From NCBI GenBank assembly GCA_002633005.1, contig NMRA01000039.1, positions 1,096,335 through 1,160,334 of the forward strand: a stretch of 64,000 bases of DNA, written 5' to 3'. The notes under the pieces were generated by a model. It saw only the letters and a list, made by a program, of their open reading frames with translations, ran no database searches and was not told the origin of the DNA. Position numbers and translations under genes: made by a program. The DNA comes from Phoronis australis (Eukaryota > Animalia > Phoronida). Shown piece by piece: positions 40,411-53,670 of this stretch. Every line of letters starts with the position of its first letter. Positions within the stretch are counted from its first letter, which is position 1.

Positions 40411-40778
40411 GGCTACCGTAGAATCATATGCACGAGTATCGCATCTAATGCACGAACCACCTAGGAATCTTGCGTACGAACCCATGAATCATGCATACGA
40501 ACCCCAAAATCATGCACACGAACATAAATCACATGCACGAACTACAAAAATCATACATACGAACATAAAATCTTAAAACGAGCATCGAAATACACGCTCG
40601 AACAGCTGATGGCCAGGTGGTTCGTGCATATGATTCGGCCTGCTTGTGCTTAGGATTTATGATCGTATGTGTGATTTTTGTGGTTTGTGTGCATGATTTT
40701 TGATTGTATGCGTGATTTTTGGTTTCGTATGCACAATTCATGGGTTCGTGTGCATGATTCATAGGTTCGTAGGTAGCT
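40411..40778. mobile_element. Foldback-like element: inverted arms built from about 21-bp subrepeats
   Basis: Left-arm aatcatgcacacgaac-type units are mirrored by gttcgtgtgcatgatt units in the right arm. Confidence 0.7.
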
Positions 40779-40895
40779 TGTGCGATGCGATGGTCCTGCA
40801 TGTGAAGTTTATTGTTCCCCTGGTAATGTGAGTCACCGGTTGGTGGTGTCAATTCTCTGGGATTTTTGTAAATGAATTCCCAAGGGAAGTATGGA

Positions 40896-41015
40896 CTTTC
40901 ACACCCCAAATAGTGTCTCGTACACTCATGTGTTTGCGTGACGCTGGCCAGTACCCTTTCACACCCCAAATAGTGTCTCTACACTCATGTGTTTGCGCGA
41001 TGCTGGCCAGTACCT
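40896..41015. repeat. 60-bp tandem duplication
   Basis: ctttcacaccccaaatagtgtctc...gctggccagtacc occurs at 40896 and 40956. Confidence 0.9.
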
Positions 41016-42885
41016 TGGGACTGAGTAGAGTCATAGGATTCACATTCTTACTATAGACCTTGCCCAATTAAGTGTCCTGAAGCAGGTCAAAGTTAAAGGA
41101 TACTCGCGTTCACTGTGAATACATTACACAGTCGCACTCCAAGCTTGTTGGCTCAAGTCAGAGTTGGAGAGGTCAGGGCATGAACAAATCAACAAAAGAA
41201 TTTCCTCGCAAATGTGTTCTCCACCTCGGGAATCATTAGGACATGCATGAAGTGGTTGTTTACGTCATCCTATGGTAATAGGACCATCCCGGATTACACA
41301 GCGACACTCGAATCTCACTGTCTTTACCTACTATGCTGTAATCATCCGTTAAGCACATTTGCTGCCTCGATTTCATGCCATTGGAGATGTTATTTTGTTG
41401 TCTGATCCTTAACAAGTTTTTCTCGGTTGGATTGCTTTATTCGTCCTTCCAATGCCAAGTGTGTTGCAAGTCCAACATGAGAAAGTTTGATAGACTGGAC
41501 AAAACCCGTGGATTCGTGATCTGAAATTCTTCGTCTTCCCAACGTCAATGAGAGACACGAAAATGTGCTTGATTTCCAAAACGAGGTCACGTGCTTTCTT
41601 AACTCCGGGACAAAGGAGAGTTCTACCGCCCTGTGATCCGGGACCACCTTATTCTTCTAGTTAGATCAGACAGAGTATGGTGGATTGGTGAAGTTATTTT
41701 GTAAACTTTACAAAATTAAGATTTATAAAATTTTATTTTATTGTTAGCTTGCTTACGCAGTTTATATGCAAAAAGCAACATTTGGTAAACTTTCTATTAT
41801 TTGCAGTAAAATAGCTGGCCTTTGAAAAATTATAATTTTGTCAATTATTTTTGTGCGAAATCCATGAAAAATTACCATATTTTCTCGTTTCCCTTGTTTT
41901 GTGGACGATGTCAATTAAGCTGAGAAAGGAAACTGTTGTATCTATTGTCTGTCGCAATCAGTCTGTCCGAGGTCAGTTATCCTCGTGGTCGTCTTTGCAT
42001 CTACTGTTTCCTACTGTTACGTGTGTGGCGTTCTCGACCAGCATGGGCTTCACAAGATACAGAGTATGTGTTGATAGTAGCTAGTGATGTACGCTAGTCT
42101 ATAGTCTAGTATCAGGTGGATGACGCTAGTTAAATCAAAGCCTGGGTTATTATGATCACGGTTTTACATCAAAACCATTAAAGGAGCATGCCACCCAAAA
42201 ACAACCTAATTTGTATCAATTTAGATCGAGTAGTTCTACTCCATAACGACACGTACGGTTGTGTTACCTGACGGCAGACGGAGGTGTTGAAATTATCCAA
42301 TGATGTCATTGGTTTCGCACGCAGTCTGTTCAGCAGTTCACAACACTGGTTACTGGTGTCAGCTTATCGCTTGAAGTCATCGTTTAACACCAATAAATCA
42401 TCAAACTTCGATGTAAAACCCTTAAAAATACACCGAGTTCTTATAAAAACGTGTTGTTTTATTTCGCTCTTACGGATTTGTTGGTATTTGGACACATCGT
42501 AGCCTACAAAGTTCAGCAGGCCAATAAGGTCAGTAGCAGGAGTTTGGGGTCTGTTCGGAGGGCTGCGAATTCAGGTTCCGCTTTGACCACAGCACCGTCA
42601 GGGCAGAAGTTGTACAATGACAATCATTATTTGAGTTATGTAAATGTAAATGTAAATAAAAATTCCTCTAACACCTGGCCGTGGGATGGAAATCAGTTGT
42701 TTCATAACAGTTTCAACCAGCAAACACTAAATTAGCATGAGCTCACAGGGCCTAGGTGTCCCGTTAATTAGTTTTATTGCACCTAAAGCTGGTAACGCAG
42801 TGATTTATTCATTGCTGGCATCTCAAATCATTTGCACTCACGAACACTCCAAAGGCATTACAATGAGACAGACTTCGTTTCAGTT

Positions 42886-43835
42886 TTATTATGCGCCCAC
42901 ATATTTATATGTGGACGCATTATGCCGTCATCTCTGTCCGTCCGGGCGGAAGATGACGACGTTTGGACGGATCCGACTACTGGTATGCCCCCTAGTGGCA
43001 ATTTTAGTTTTGTACGCTTACCTTTGTATCTTCAAAAGTCCTGAACGGATTTTCATGAAATTTGGTATGTAGGCACCTATTAGTGAGATGACGCTATCTT
43101 CCCGTTTTCAGATAGATTCGACATAGTTTGCACCACCTAGTGAGTGTATTTTTGCGTCCACCCATCTATCAATCAAACCGCTCAAAGGATGATTGTTAAA
43201 ATTGCCGTGTATGTGCTTACTATAAGGAAGACAGCTGACAGTGATTTTCAGACGATTTGGACTACTGTGGCGCCTCCTAGTGGCAGTTTTGTTTTTTTGC
43301 GCCCATGGCTGTATCTCCCAAACCGTTTGCAGGATCTTTACTAAATTTAGCAAGTGTATTTATGTGATGTTGACAACGGACGATGACGACTTTAGGATGA
43401 TTCTGACTACCGGTATGCCTCTAGTGGCAATTTTAGTATTTGCCTCTAGTGGCAATTTTAGTATTTTACATTGACCTCTGTATTTTCATAGGTCTTCAGG
43501 TGTATACTTTGTGTTACTTCGTGACTGTGAAGGAAAAGTTCCAAGTAGAAATTTGTTTCTGGCATTCTAATGCTGTGCTAATCTCGTATGTTGGTAAATT
43601 TGTTTTTAATTCTATGTTTCTGTGGTGCTTTAAGCAACTGGTGTATAGGATGTGCTTGTATTATGAAGATTACTCACATTTTGCCCCTAGCCTATTGAGG
43701 AGACAATGACCATGCCTTTCCATTTTGCAAAGTATGCCCTCTACTGGCCACTTTATGGTACCAATAAACAACCCTAGAAGGATACCGTATGCGGTGCAAT
43801 TGTGGGCGCATTTCAACGCTCTGCGTTGCTCTTGT
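42886..43835 (-). mobile_element. Helentron-type non-autonomous element nested in the Kolobok
   Basis: Terminal hairpin atgcgcccacatat-tt-atatgtggacgcat, subterminal inverted repeat gtgggcgcat at 43802, a (GTCC)n tract and a ctcttgt end. Homologous to 12158-13632. Confidence 0.8.
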
Positions 43836-43898
43836 ATAAGTATTGGTTAGGGTGAGAATAATTCATTTTGAAACAGAACGCTCAGTAATAAACGCAAC

Positions 43899-44055
43899 AT
43901 GGCAACTCGCAATCCGAACTTAGGACGAGCTAGAGCTCATCAGTCCCGACTTCGCAGCGGTGGATCTTTAAGTTTTACAGGCTATCATTTCGAACAAGAA
44001 TACAGTGACGAAGAAATACTAGATAGGCGACGTGAACAAGCTCAGACAACGGAAC
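43899..44055 (+). pseudogene. First exon of Kolobok accessory (KolX / P2X7-C-terminal-like) gene relic: MATRNPNLGRARAHQSRLRSGGSLSFTGYHFEQEYSDEEILDRRREQAQTTE
   Basis: ATG plus donor C|gtatgt. YHFEQEYSDEE resembles the YxFEPEYxxEE motif I recall from these proteins. Lies inside the Kolobok TIRs, convergent with THAP. Confidence 0.55.
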
Positions 44056-44147
44056 GTATGTAGTTATTTGGTAAGCCGGCATTCGTCAGGCACTGTCGAC
44101 GTCTGCAGGCCACAGACACTGCCTCATACTTGCTATTAACAGCATAC

Positions 44148-44272
44148 CTTTCATTCTTCACTACTATGAGCCACTTCCTAAGCATTTCGGACTCTCGAGG
44201 AAGTAAAAATCGATATACCGCTTTCCTCGCAGCTGCTTAATTCGGACAAGAGGGAACGATGCACCGCAACAT
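44148..44272 (-). pseudogene. THAP-domain first exon of Kolobok transposase (inactivated): MLRCIVPSCPN*AAARKAVYRFLLPRESEMLRKWLIVVKNE
   Basis: THAP signature CxVPxC...FxxP...KW, an internal stop and donor AG|gtatgc. Points inward from the right TIR. Confidence 0.75.
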
Positions 44273-44574
44273 AGTGGCATTCACTCTGCATATGAACCAC
44301 TGACGTCGCTAGCGTCGTTTCTCACCTTCCTCACAGGTTAACGCGACACCTCTTGGCAAGGTAAGGTCGACCGTATGTGAGGCAATGTGGCTATAGACCG
44401 ATTAAGACGGCGAAAAAGACTAATTAAATCGGGTGGCATACTCCTTTAAGGACATCTCTCACATCTGCGCTGCTTTTAACATCTTAAATAGAATATGTAA
44501 GTGTTAGACTTTGGCTGATGCTAAATTGTCGTGGATGGAACTGCCTTCCATTTTGTTATTAGATTGTAATATTA

Positions 44575-44737
44575 CTGTAAAAATTCTGGTTAACGCCCTA
44601 GGCGGTTAAATTGGCGAACCCAAAAAATTGGGGGTGGGCGGTTAACAGACATGGATGCTTAAACGTGAAATTTCTAGAAATCGTGGGTGGGCGGTTAACC
44701 GAACATGGGCGCTTATTACGACAGACAACCGGGGTGT
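44575..44737. mobile_element. Short member of the TA-flanked gggtgggcggttaac MITE family
   Basis: ggttaacgccctaggcggttaaattggcgaa matches the inverse of the right end of 46443-46923. Confidence 0.7.
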
Positions 44738-44829
44738 ACGGTTAATCTTACCTCATGATCCCAGTCCCTACACGCAGTTGGAACGCGTAGCACTTTTCAG
44801 AGCTTTATCGCCACGTCATCAAATGACGG

Positions 44830-45240
44830 TAAAAATGTCACAACAGCGGGTGATCTCAACAAAGGTTCTGTTGCTCTCAGATTAATCATTTCAGTTAAAT
44901 TTACAAAATTGCTGAGTAATAGCCCATGCCGTCCTTCGGTCTTGTTAGAGCTGTACCTGTAGCGCGCAAACGACCAGTGACTATGCAGCGCTCCACTTGG
45001 ATTGCAACTATCCTCACGTGGTGACAGTGCAAAATGTGCGCGTGCAATCTTCACGTGCTGCATAGGTCACAGCAGTCATGTGTTAGCTGTCAAGTTCTGA
45101 GTTGTAGAGCAGTTTTAAATATTTGTAATTAAAGTTAGAAAAACTAATTCAGGTTTTTTGTGTTTGGGATGTTTATGTTCCAGACTCTGTGATTCAATAT
45201 TTTCAATGTAAGGTTCTGCAGCTGTATTATTTCGACCACC
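44830..45240 (-). repeat. Dispersed repeat, inverted copy of 16690-17170
   Basis: Colinear reverse-complement similarity. Boundaries approximate. Confidence 0.7.
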
Positions 45241-45849
45241 TGTCGGAGGTATGCAGACATAAGCCAGTCGTCAGTCAAAAGTTACCGCAAAGGCATTAGT
45301 CAAAAGCAAGTACTTAAGGTTTTAATTTTAAAAAATACTAACACTATGAATGGGATGAGCCTGAGATAGAAGTAGTTCATACACGTACCTGCGTCAGTAA
45401 AAATAATTCGAGACGAAGCCCCCATTATTCGGGTAACCGGCACCACTGGTTTGTTATACAACTAAATTAGTGACGAGTTCCAACCAGCAGAGCATCCTTA
45501 CCGAGTCGATGTTGTTGCAAACGGGACTTGGCGCTAGGCTCAACGAGCTGCAGGTCGCATTGGCAACCTGAATTTTGAAAATGCGAGCTGAGATTTTGGT
45601 CATCTTGTATTTAGTCGTAACATGCAACCTGGAATTTCCAATGTACAGACCACGGCGTACATATGTGATAAAACGTCACAAAACAGCCATGTTTCTATCC
45701 ATTGTTTAACGATCAACTTACCAAATTTTGTGGTGAAAAAACATTTTTATTTTACATGCAAAATTTCCAGATTATCCTATTATAATATCACCTACAATAT
45801 GGTACAGCGACACTGTTCGGTCCCGCTGTTTGCGCGCAATGTTCCCGCA

Positions 45850-46075
45850 AACTATGGCAGACAAGTGAAATTCTGTTTTGTCAAATTCCTCCTCAAATAT
45901 AAGGATCAAAAAAGTTTTATTGTATTGGTTGTGTGGTTTGTACTGTGTAGATGTCATAAAGCTACATTTGGTAAATTTCCCATTATTTGCAGTGAAGTAA
46001 TTAACTTTGGAAAAATGGCAAATGTAAGTCTTCATTATTCTTGTGCGAAATGGGTGGAGAAATACCGTGCTCACA
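45850..46075 (+). repeat. Copy of an abundant degenerate dispersed repeat (atggcagacaagtgaaa...tactgtgtagatgtcataaa...)
   Basis: Related copies at about 2335-2610, 18670-18900, 41780, 21140, 23240, 23800, 47430, 47690 and 51630, on both strands. Confidence 0.7.
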
Positions 46076-46130
46076 AAACACTCGACTTTCACTCTATTGT
46101 TGGTGAGGTATTTTGCTTTTTCACGAGTTT

Positions 46131-46190
46131 ATGGCGTCTGGACGACTCCCCAGGTCACCTTGTGAACCTGTGCTGAAGACACTGATCCTG
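46131..46190 (+). CDS. Candidate alternative first exon of Cav beta gene: MASGRLPRSPCEPVLKTLIL
   Basis: ATGG start, 20 codons and a phase-0 donor CTG|gttagt compatible with exon 61428. No homology support. Confidence 0.3.
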
Positions 46191-46442
46191 GTTAGTGTCT
46201 CTGGAACATAACAGTGTTGTTGTTTTCCAAGGAGCTGTTTTCAAGTGTTTATCTAATGGCTCAACAAAGTGTTGCTCTTTTCTCTCATTGATGTCCCAGT
46301 GAAGGCATGGTCATGAACTTTTGTCAGCAGATCTGGTTTAGTTAGTAATTTAACCTTTGTCTATCCTGTGCACATTTGAAGTTTTTTTTTAATTCTGCTG
46401 TTTTAGGTATGTTCAAATTTGTCAACTTATGTTGAGTACATA

Positions 46443-46923
46443 CCATAATCGTTCGGGTTAACGCACATGCTCAGTTAACCGCCCATCCCCGACTTTAAGT
46501 GGATTTTCGATTTAACCGCCCACTGCTCAGTTAAGCGCCCCCCTGCGATTTTTGAGGATTTCTAGTTAAGCGCCCACCTCTCTGTTAAGCGCCCATCCCC
46601 GACTTTTAAAGAATGAAGATTTAGCGCCTAGTGCTAAGGAAACGCGCGATTCCCTGACTTTTAGAAAAAGATCGACGATCACAATGAGTGCAACGACGCC
46701 AGGACTCCAAGACGGTGGTTTAGCAATCTGAATTACAATACAGGTAACGAGTTATTGTCTTGGGTCATGAACTCACGTCAAAATANCCATGTTCGGTTAA
46801 CCGCCCATCCCCTACTTTAGGTGGATTTTCGATTTAACCGCCCACTGCTCGGTTAACCGCCCTTCCCCGATTTTTTGGATTCGCCAATTTAACCGCCCAG
46901 GGCGTTAACCCGAACGATTACGG
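46443..46923 (+). mobile_element. TA-flanked MITE with about 22-bp TIRs (interrupted by a single-N join at 46786)
   Basis: TA|ccataatcgttcgggttaacgc ... gcgttaacccgaacgattacgg|TA. Confidence 0.88.
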
Positions 46924-49900
46924 TAGTAATTTGTCGGTTGCTGATACAACTATTTAAACAACTGGATGAAGAGTCTCCAATTTTCCGTTTTCAAAAAACA
47001 AATCCATACCATAAAATTATGTTTTATTTCCATTATGTATATTGGCAAATCCTATTTTACCATTTCTACATAATAAATATCATCGAAATGTTCTGGGAAT
47101 TTGTTTGCTTTGTGCATGCCATCATTATTATTTCTCAAAACTGGGCAAAAAAACAGCACCACCTTCAGAAAGAATGTACACCTACTTGAGCATGTCAGCT
47201 GTAAAACTATCATCGATGGACTTGTTGCCACATTCATGGAATTAGACGCATTATATCCTTAATTTTTGGTTATGGCAATATATCACCGATTTCGCACAAC
47301 TCTATTTTTTGGGGGGCTCCTAACATTGTTGTGGAGGCCTACAAATTCTCAGAACATGGTCTGATGATAGCTATTATAGAGGACTTGAACATGGAAAAGC
47401 AATGATGTGCTAGAATGAGAACATTACATTTCACTTGTCTGCCACATTGTGTCCTTGGTGAGATTTTATCAGATATCAGAATTATGGTATCTACTACTGG
47501 ATTATGTAATTTGCGTTAGAAACCTCCAATTCTTCGAAGGAAGTGGATCTCTGTGAATTTCATTCGTTATCGCGGAAAATCAGGATCCCCCAGCAGCAGC
47601 AGTTCAAAGAAAAAGTTTGTCGTTATGCAATTTTTGTGTTTGGTATTTGTTAAATAGCCATAGACAGTATTTTAAAATCTCACCTGTCTATTGCACAATA
47701 TGGTAAACAAGTGGACTTTTGTTATTTTTTATAAAACAGCAATTGCATCAAATGCTTTATCATTGTTAAGATTCTATTTCAAAGCAACCATAACGTAATG
47801 TTTGGGAAATTGTGGGTATTCACAACGATGTTAGAAAGCTTAGAAAAATGTCATGAAAAAATGACAATTTTTGCTATTATTTTTGTCCCAAATTTGTGAG
47901 ATTTTACTTGAGATGTGAGCAAAGTTTGATTACATCTGCAATTTTTCCTTTTCATCCTTAGTAACTGGGATATTCAAATTTTGGCTAGAATGTGTGCTGT
48001 CACACTTAGGTGGGAAAAATCTTTTGGTCTATTCACGGCACTTTTTTTGTCATGGTCAGGACTTTGTGGAAATATGAGAACACTTCCATTTTTCATATCA
48101 TCACTGCATTACGACGTGTCATATTTTTATCAACTGACTACACAGACCACAATCAAGGCATTTTAATATTTTTGTTGAGAGATGTGATGCGCTACAAAAT
48201 TTTCATTTTTCCTTTATACACGGTAAGTGTAGCCAGAGCTAGTTTCTCTAGAATTCAGTTCCCAAGAGGGAAGTGACTGGACATTTCTCTGAACCACTGC
48301 TTAAAACTGTACTGTATGTTTCGTCATTGGATTCATTATCTGTGAATGACATTGCCGTGTACCAGTCCGTCTTTATCCCAACTTGCCCTGAGTTGTCTAC
48401 GTTGTTTCATTATTTGCTCGTAATTGTCGCCGCATTCTTTCATCTTGCGCAGAGCTCATGGGAATCCCGATTGTTGCCATGGTCCGTCATTTAACTGTTG
48501 TGTTGCCCGAGTACTCTGATGGATCATTCCACATGTGTATGTCTGTGATAGGAACATCCATATTTTTCCATATCATTTGCAGTCTTTTGTGTAGAGTACG
48601 TGTGTACTTATTCATATAGGTGTGATTGATAATGAGTGATTCAGTCTAGCATGCAGCTAGATTCTACTTTTTAAGGGAGCATTTCAAGACTCATTTTATG
48701 AGAAATCCAGGCTCTTTTAACAGGACTTCACGACAGCTATCGAAAAAGTACGTTTTAGAACTGACATTGCGTAATGGCAGTGTTATATGTTTTGGTAAAA
48801 ATGTTTATTCAAGTTTTAGATATAGGGCATAAAAATCCTTTGGCAAGTCACTAGACCACATCACAGTGGGTTTATTTGATTCTTCAATTCAAAATCCTTG
48901 AGTTGGCAAACACTGTTCGACCACTGACTGCATTTGAGTAGCTCTGTCTCTTCGGTTCTGATATAGTGTGTGTTCTGGGAGGCTACTTTCCAGCCAGTTT
49001 GACACAATAGCAAATGGTAGTATTTTGCAAATATGAGCTCACCACCTTGTAGTTCATGCTAAGTGGCATGCTAAAGTCTTAGATGGTTTGCCCAGGAATC
49101 AATCCGAAGAACTTTGCACATAGACAGAATCCAGAAAGGACTAAGTCAGTTAGTCAGTCAAAGAAATTCTATTAAATGCTTTTGTAATGTATAATTTCAT
49201 ATATTGTTTTACTTGGAATGATTTATCTTTATGAATGTAAAATTACCGCCTAGAATTGAGACTCTGTTCTTACCAAATTTATTTGACTATTGGGTAATAT
49301 TGCTGATTAACCTTTTATTTTTATTTATTCAATTGACACACCAACCTGATGGACTGTGTACAGCATGGATCTCACTCCTCGAATGGCTTGGTTTTGCATT
49401 TACTCGAGGCGCACTCGACATGCAGTAGCTGACACTGCGGCGGCTGTTCTTGTCACAGGTTTGAGAGGTAGAGCAAGTTGCACTCGATCAGTTGCTCCGG
49501 TGTCAACTGCACACTTAAACAAATGGCGCGAAGCAGAAGGGATCATGTTTTATTGTGTTTGCACAATAACGCATACATGCATTGTTTTGGACAGTTGTCA
49601 TTGTTAATCCCAAATTTCTTCCTTGCTGATCCAGTTAGTGACTGAAGTGGAGAAACTTGAGTCATGACAAATCATGCTGTGTCAAATATTCCTCAGGTAA
49701 AAAGGGCTTTACTTAGGGGCAACTTTACACATGTGACAAGATACGCTTTCATGTCAAGGTAGGCTAACTTGTTCTAGGGTAACTATTACCCCCAGTGCAG
49801 TTCGCAGTGTGGACACTAGGACCCTTGATTACTCGATTTTGGGGCTGAATATAGGCCATCCATTCTCCTATCAAAATATTTTAAAAAATCACACGAAATT

Positions 49901-52249
49901 ACCTTCATCGTCTTGGATACTTGAAGGCGTGGCCGATGAGGGTTGGCACTGGAGGAGGGAGATTTTTTCCTCAGGGTGTGTAATATGGACACTCGGCTGG
50001 CTGTGGGCCAAGTTGGCATGAGCAAGGTGACTCATAGTGTGGACATGCCTTAAGCAGACTTCATAGTTGCTTGTATGCAGCAGGTTAATAAAAAGACTCA
50101 AATATGTTAAACTGAATGTGAAATCCCACTTTGCTGTTCCTTGTTGCTGGTATGTTCACACTTCTCATCTCTCAATGAAAACAGTAATGGTTTTAATGCT
50201 ACATTATGGCCAAAACTGTTTATTTCTTAAATTTGGTACAACCTCCAACCTTGAGCGAAATGAATCTCACTATCCCAAACTCCAGAATTTTTGCACTAAT
50301 CACATTGTTCACAAGGTGGTGTTAAGGAATTTACCTCAGCCAGGGAAGTATGGATAGTTCTGAAAATACACACTCTGTGTGAGTGCACTGAACAATGTGG
50401 AAAGTTCAACATAAGACAAACCTACTGAGTTGGGTTTTTAAATAGCTAAACATTGTGCATGGAAAGTTTATTAGTCTCTCCAATTTAGTCAGACAGTTAG
50501 GGTTACCTTTGATGTGAAGTGCCAGTGGTGGTCATCCTTGCCTGGCCTCCTCAAGTGGTGCAGGATCCTCAGGGCCTTCTGAGATGGATTTTTCTCAGGG
50601 GAGGAGAAAGTTCTCCCCCAATCAACACCACCCCCATTCCCCGCAAGCCCCTTGTGTCACTCCTCATTTTCTGTGTCTCGAGTAGCCAAAAATTGTGTTC
50701 TGTAATGTTTCAAATCGTCACTTTGTGAGTTAGAATTGATTGTAATCTCAAGGAGAAATTTTTAATCAATTGACAGAAAATTTTCAACTTGTCTAGGATA
50801 ATTTTACATTATTTTTAAATAGTTTTCAAAGGGGATTTGGACTGGTATTTAACCCCTAGATCTAGCCATCGAGGTGTCCCGCGGAGTGTCCAAGTGGACA
50901 CCCTGGCTAGGACGTCTTGTTCTACATTTGGATGTCATGTGCAGTATTTAGCCCAGTTAAAGTCAGCGAGTGTACATCTGTGTTTAACTTTCTTATAGCA
51001 GCTCTGGGACCTCATTGTCCTGAAATCCAGGAAGAACCCCTGATCCCAGCATTTTGCAAGTTGATCAATCAGTGTAAAGATCCCCCTGTTCTTAGCCAGT
51101 AATTTACACGCCAAACTAATCGTCATTTTTGCTGAGCCAATCTGCTAATGTATGCACGCGATATTTCATGTGATGCTGTGTATATGAAGGAACATTGCTA
51201 TAGTCCGTCAGAATATTGATATTCATTGGATTGAGAAATGAAGTATAGAATTTCAAGAGTAAAGTTTTCTTTTTCCTACGCATCTGTAGTATAACTACTT
51301 TCGATCACCAATGTTGTGCAAACTTTCCTTGGTATTTCCCCGCTTGTTGTAGACGCTGTTAGCTAGTTAAAATCATCAGTTATGTTCCAGTGTTCCGGCT
51401 ATCTATTGAAACTCTATCACTCGCCGTTTCTGTGTTGTGTCGTTTTGTCTTGCTGGTGAAAACAATGCGATTCATTGATCACAGTTGAGCCAGTAATTGT
51501 ACAAATGAGTTGCATTGTACTCCGAATTGATCTTGAACATTTGAAAACCTTAACATCCCCAAGCAGTTGGGAGTTTCAGTCTGCTGCATACAGCACCAGT
51601 TTACATACACCCTAAAATCTCATCAATTTAGGACACAATATGGCCAACTAGGAAAATTTTATATGATCATTTTTTCCATGAAGCGTATGTAGTGCTCGCC
51701 AAATTGGACGGGTTTCCATGTTCAAGTTTTGTACCACGGGTAGCATAAGGCAATGTTTTGAGAAGTTATAGACATTCTCAACAACCTTAGTAGCCTTCGA
51801 AATATGAAGAAAGTGCATTTTTGACAGTTACCTTTGTCCACATTTGGTGCGACTTGCGGTACATGGCCACAATAGAAATTGTTCATTTTGGGCGAAAATA
51901 TATGCAAAAAGTTTTCAGAGGATTACAACATCACTGCAACTGTTCGTCCAGAGATTGTTCTCGTGTTGCAGAGTACAATCTAGTGCAGATTTTGACTTAA
52001 CAAGCAGTTAATCCCGACTCCACAGGAACTTAAAAAGGTTAGGGATGCTATTTTGAAAACTTAAGGAGGACTTCACGTAATTTGTTGAGTCGAAACTATA
52101 ATTTTACTCAAGAATAAATCAATTCAAGTTGACCTGTCGGCGATCGCGAGGCAGTGAGGCATCAGTCGGCGAGTTTTCTCTCTGGGATTTTCTGAAAATG
52201 CTCGTAATTTAACAACAAAGTTTGATAGCAATGCACTGCAAGTATGTAG

Positions 52250-52760
52250 CAGGGCTTGGAATTTTCCGCGGAAACGCGGATTTCCGCTTTTTTGAAATGT
52301 GCTTTCCGCTTTTTTTATAATATTTCCACGTAAAAAAATCGGATTTGATATGAAATTTCCGCGGCAAATTCCTTTCTTACCGCGGCGTTGCAGACGACGT
52401 TCACCTCGGAAAGCGGAAGTCTTTATGTTTCGGAGGAACGTAAATTGTCAACATTGCCGGGGCATCTGAGTATAGCGTGGTCTGATTTTCAATGGCGGCT
52501 CGTGTTATTGTTAAGCGCGGCGACAAATACTACCGCTCTGCAGCCAAATTTGTGTGGGTTGGGAGTGGACGGGCGAGCGAAAAGGATGCAGATGCATGCT
52601 ACTGATGGTGGTAACGTTTTTTTTTTTTTTCTTTTTTTTTTAGTCCTCCCGATTTTTGTCGCGGAAAGGTTCACATTGACCATTTCAAAGGCTGGTTATC
52701 GGGCATGATTTGGGCCGTAAAAGTTTCCGCGTCTTTTGTCATTGGTCATTCCAAGCCCTG
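52250..52760. mobile_element. MITE with 13-bp TIR (cagggcttggaat) and 6-bp TSD atgtag
   Basis: Perfect TIRs, with atgtag on both flanks. Inverted copy of 33598-34110. Confidence 0.92.
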
Positions 52761-53670
52761 ATGTAGAAACTCTGTCATAGGTTACAGATGCATCACAGAG
52801 CGTAAATTTGATGAATTCTAGTTTACGATTTCACCTGTTTTGGAGACTGGGTTTCAACCATTTTGGGCTATAATAAGCACCCCCCTTCCTGAAGCGAATT
52901 TTTCTAAGAGCCCTGGGTGCTTATTAGGGCGAATACGGTATGTCTTTTAAGCAAAAATATTTCAATTCTAAAATGTACTACTGAAATTTGCTAATTCCAT
53001 TTGAAACCTCTAATTCCGTAAAGAAGTCCGGTTTCATGAATTACATTTGCATTATCGTGGAAAATCAGGACCTGTACCTGTCATGTTGATGGGAGACTTT
53101 CAAAAAGCAATGGCGGCCAATCATGTGGAACCGGTAACCCTTATTGCCACTTGGCTGTACTTGGGGTATTCATGGCAGGTGGCATAGGGGACTGTCTTAA
53201 CCTTGAGGAAGACTCTTTTACGGTGTAATAAGTGTTATAAACAAAAGTAAATTGTCTTCTCGTCCTCTGGAGGTCACACCTGATCAGTGACCACATTGCT
53301 ACTTGAATGTCTCCCATTGTTACTAATATTTATAAAGGAAATGGTCAGCTTGCAGTTGTCTAAAACCTATTAATCAGTTAGGCGTTGACTAACAGGATCT
53401 ACTATTGTGCTCTTTTAAAAATTCTTGACAAGGTCTGATCTCCAATCATAGATGAAAGAAGGTTCCGGTGCTTGCCTTTTATTTTGAGAACTAGTTTTGC
53501 TTTTGTAGGCATATTTCAATATATGGTTAAAGAAATGTACAGCAATTGACCTATTGCCAGGATTTTGATTGAGGACTTAACTGACCAGTCAGAATGCAAC
53601 ATTCTAAACACACCGCTGCTATTTTACCCGACAACACGTCGGTGACTTTTCACTAGGCAACGGAGCTTGT

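Larger units (their letters stand above)
42182..44445. mobile_element. Internally deleted Kolobok-type DNA transposon
   Basis: TTAA|aggagcatgccaccc ... gggtggcatactcct|TTAA gives a 15-bp TIR with 1 mismatch and AG..CT ends. Contains a THAP relic and a convergent accessory-gene exon. Confidence 0.85.

Noticed and set aside
45622-46176. 184-aa ORF
   Set aside because: It runs through a degenerate dispersed repeat and shows no recognisable domain.
46150-46190. tgc-tga-aga-cac-tga read as a selenoprotein P-like CURHU
   Set aside because: Only two TGAs in a short alternative frame, no SECIS recognised, and another frame is open with an ATG and donor.
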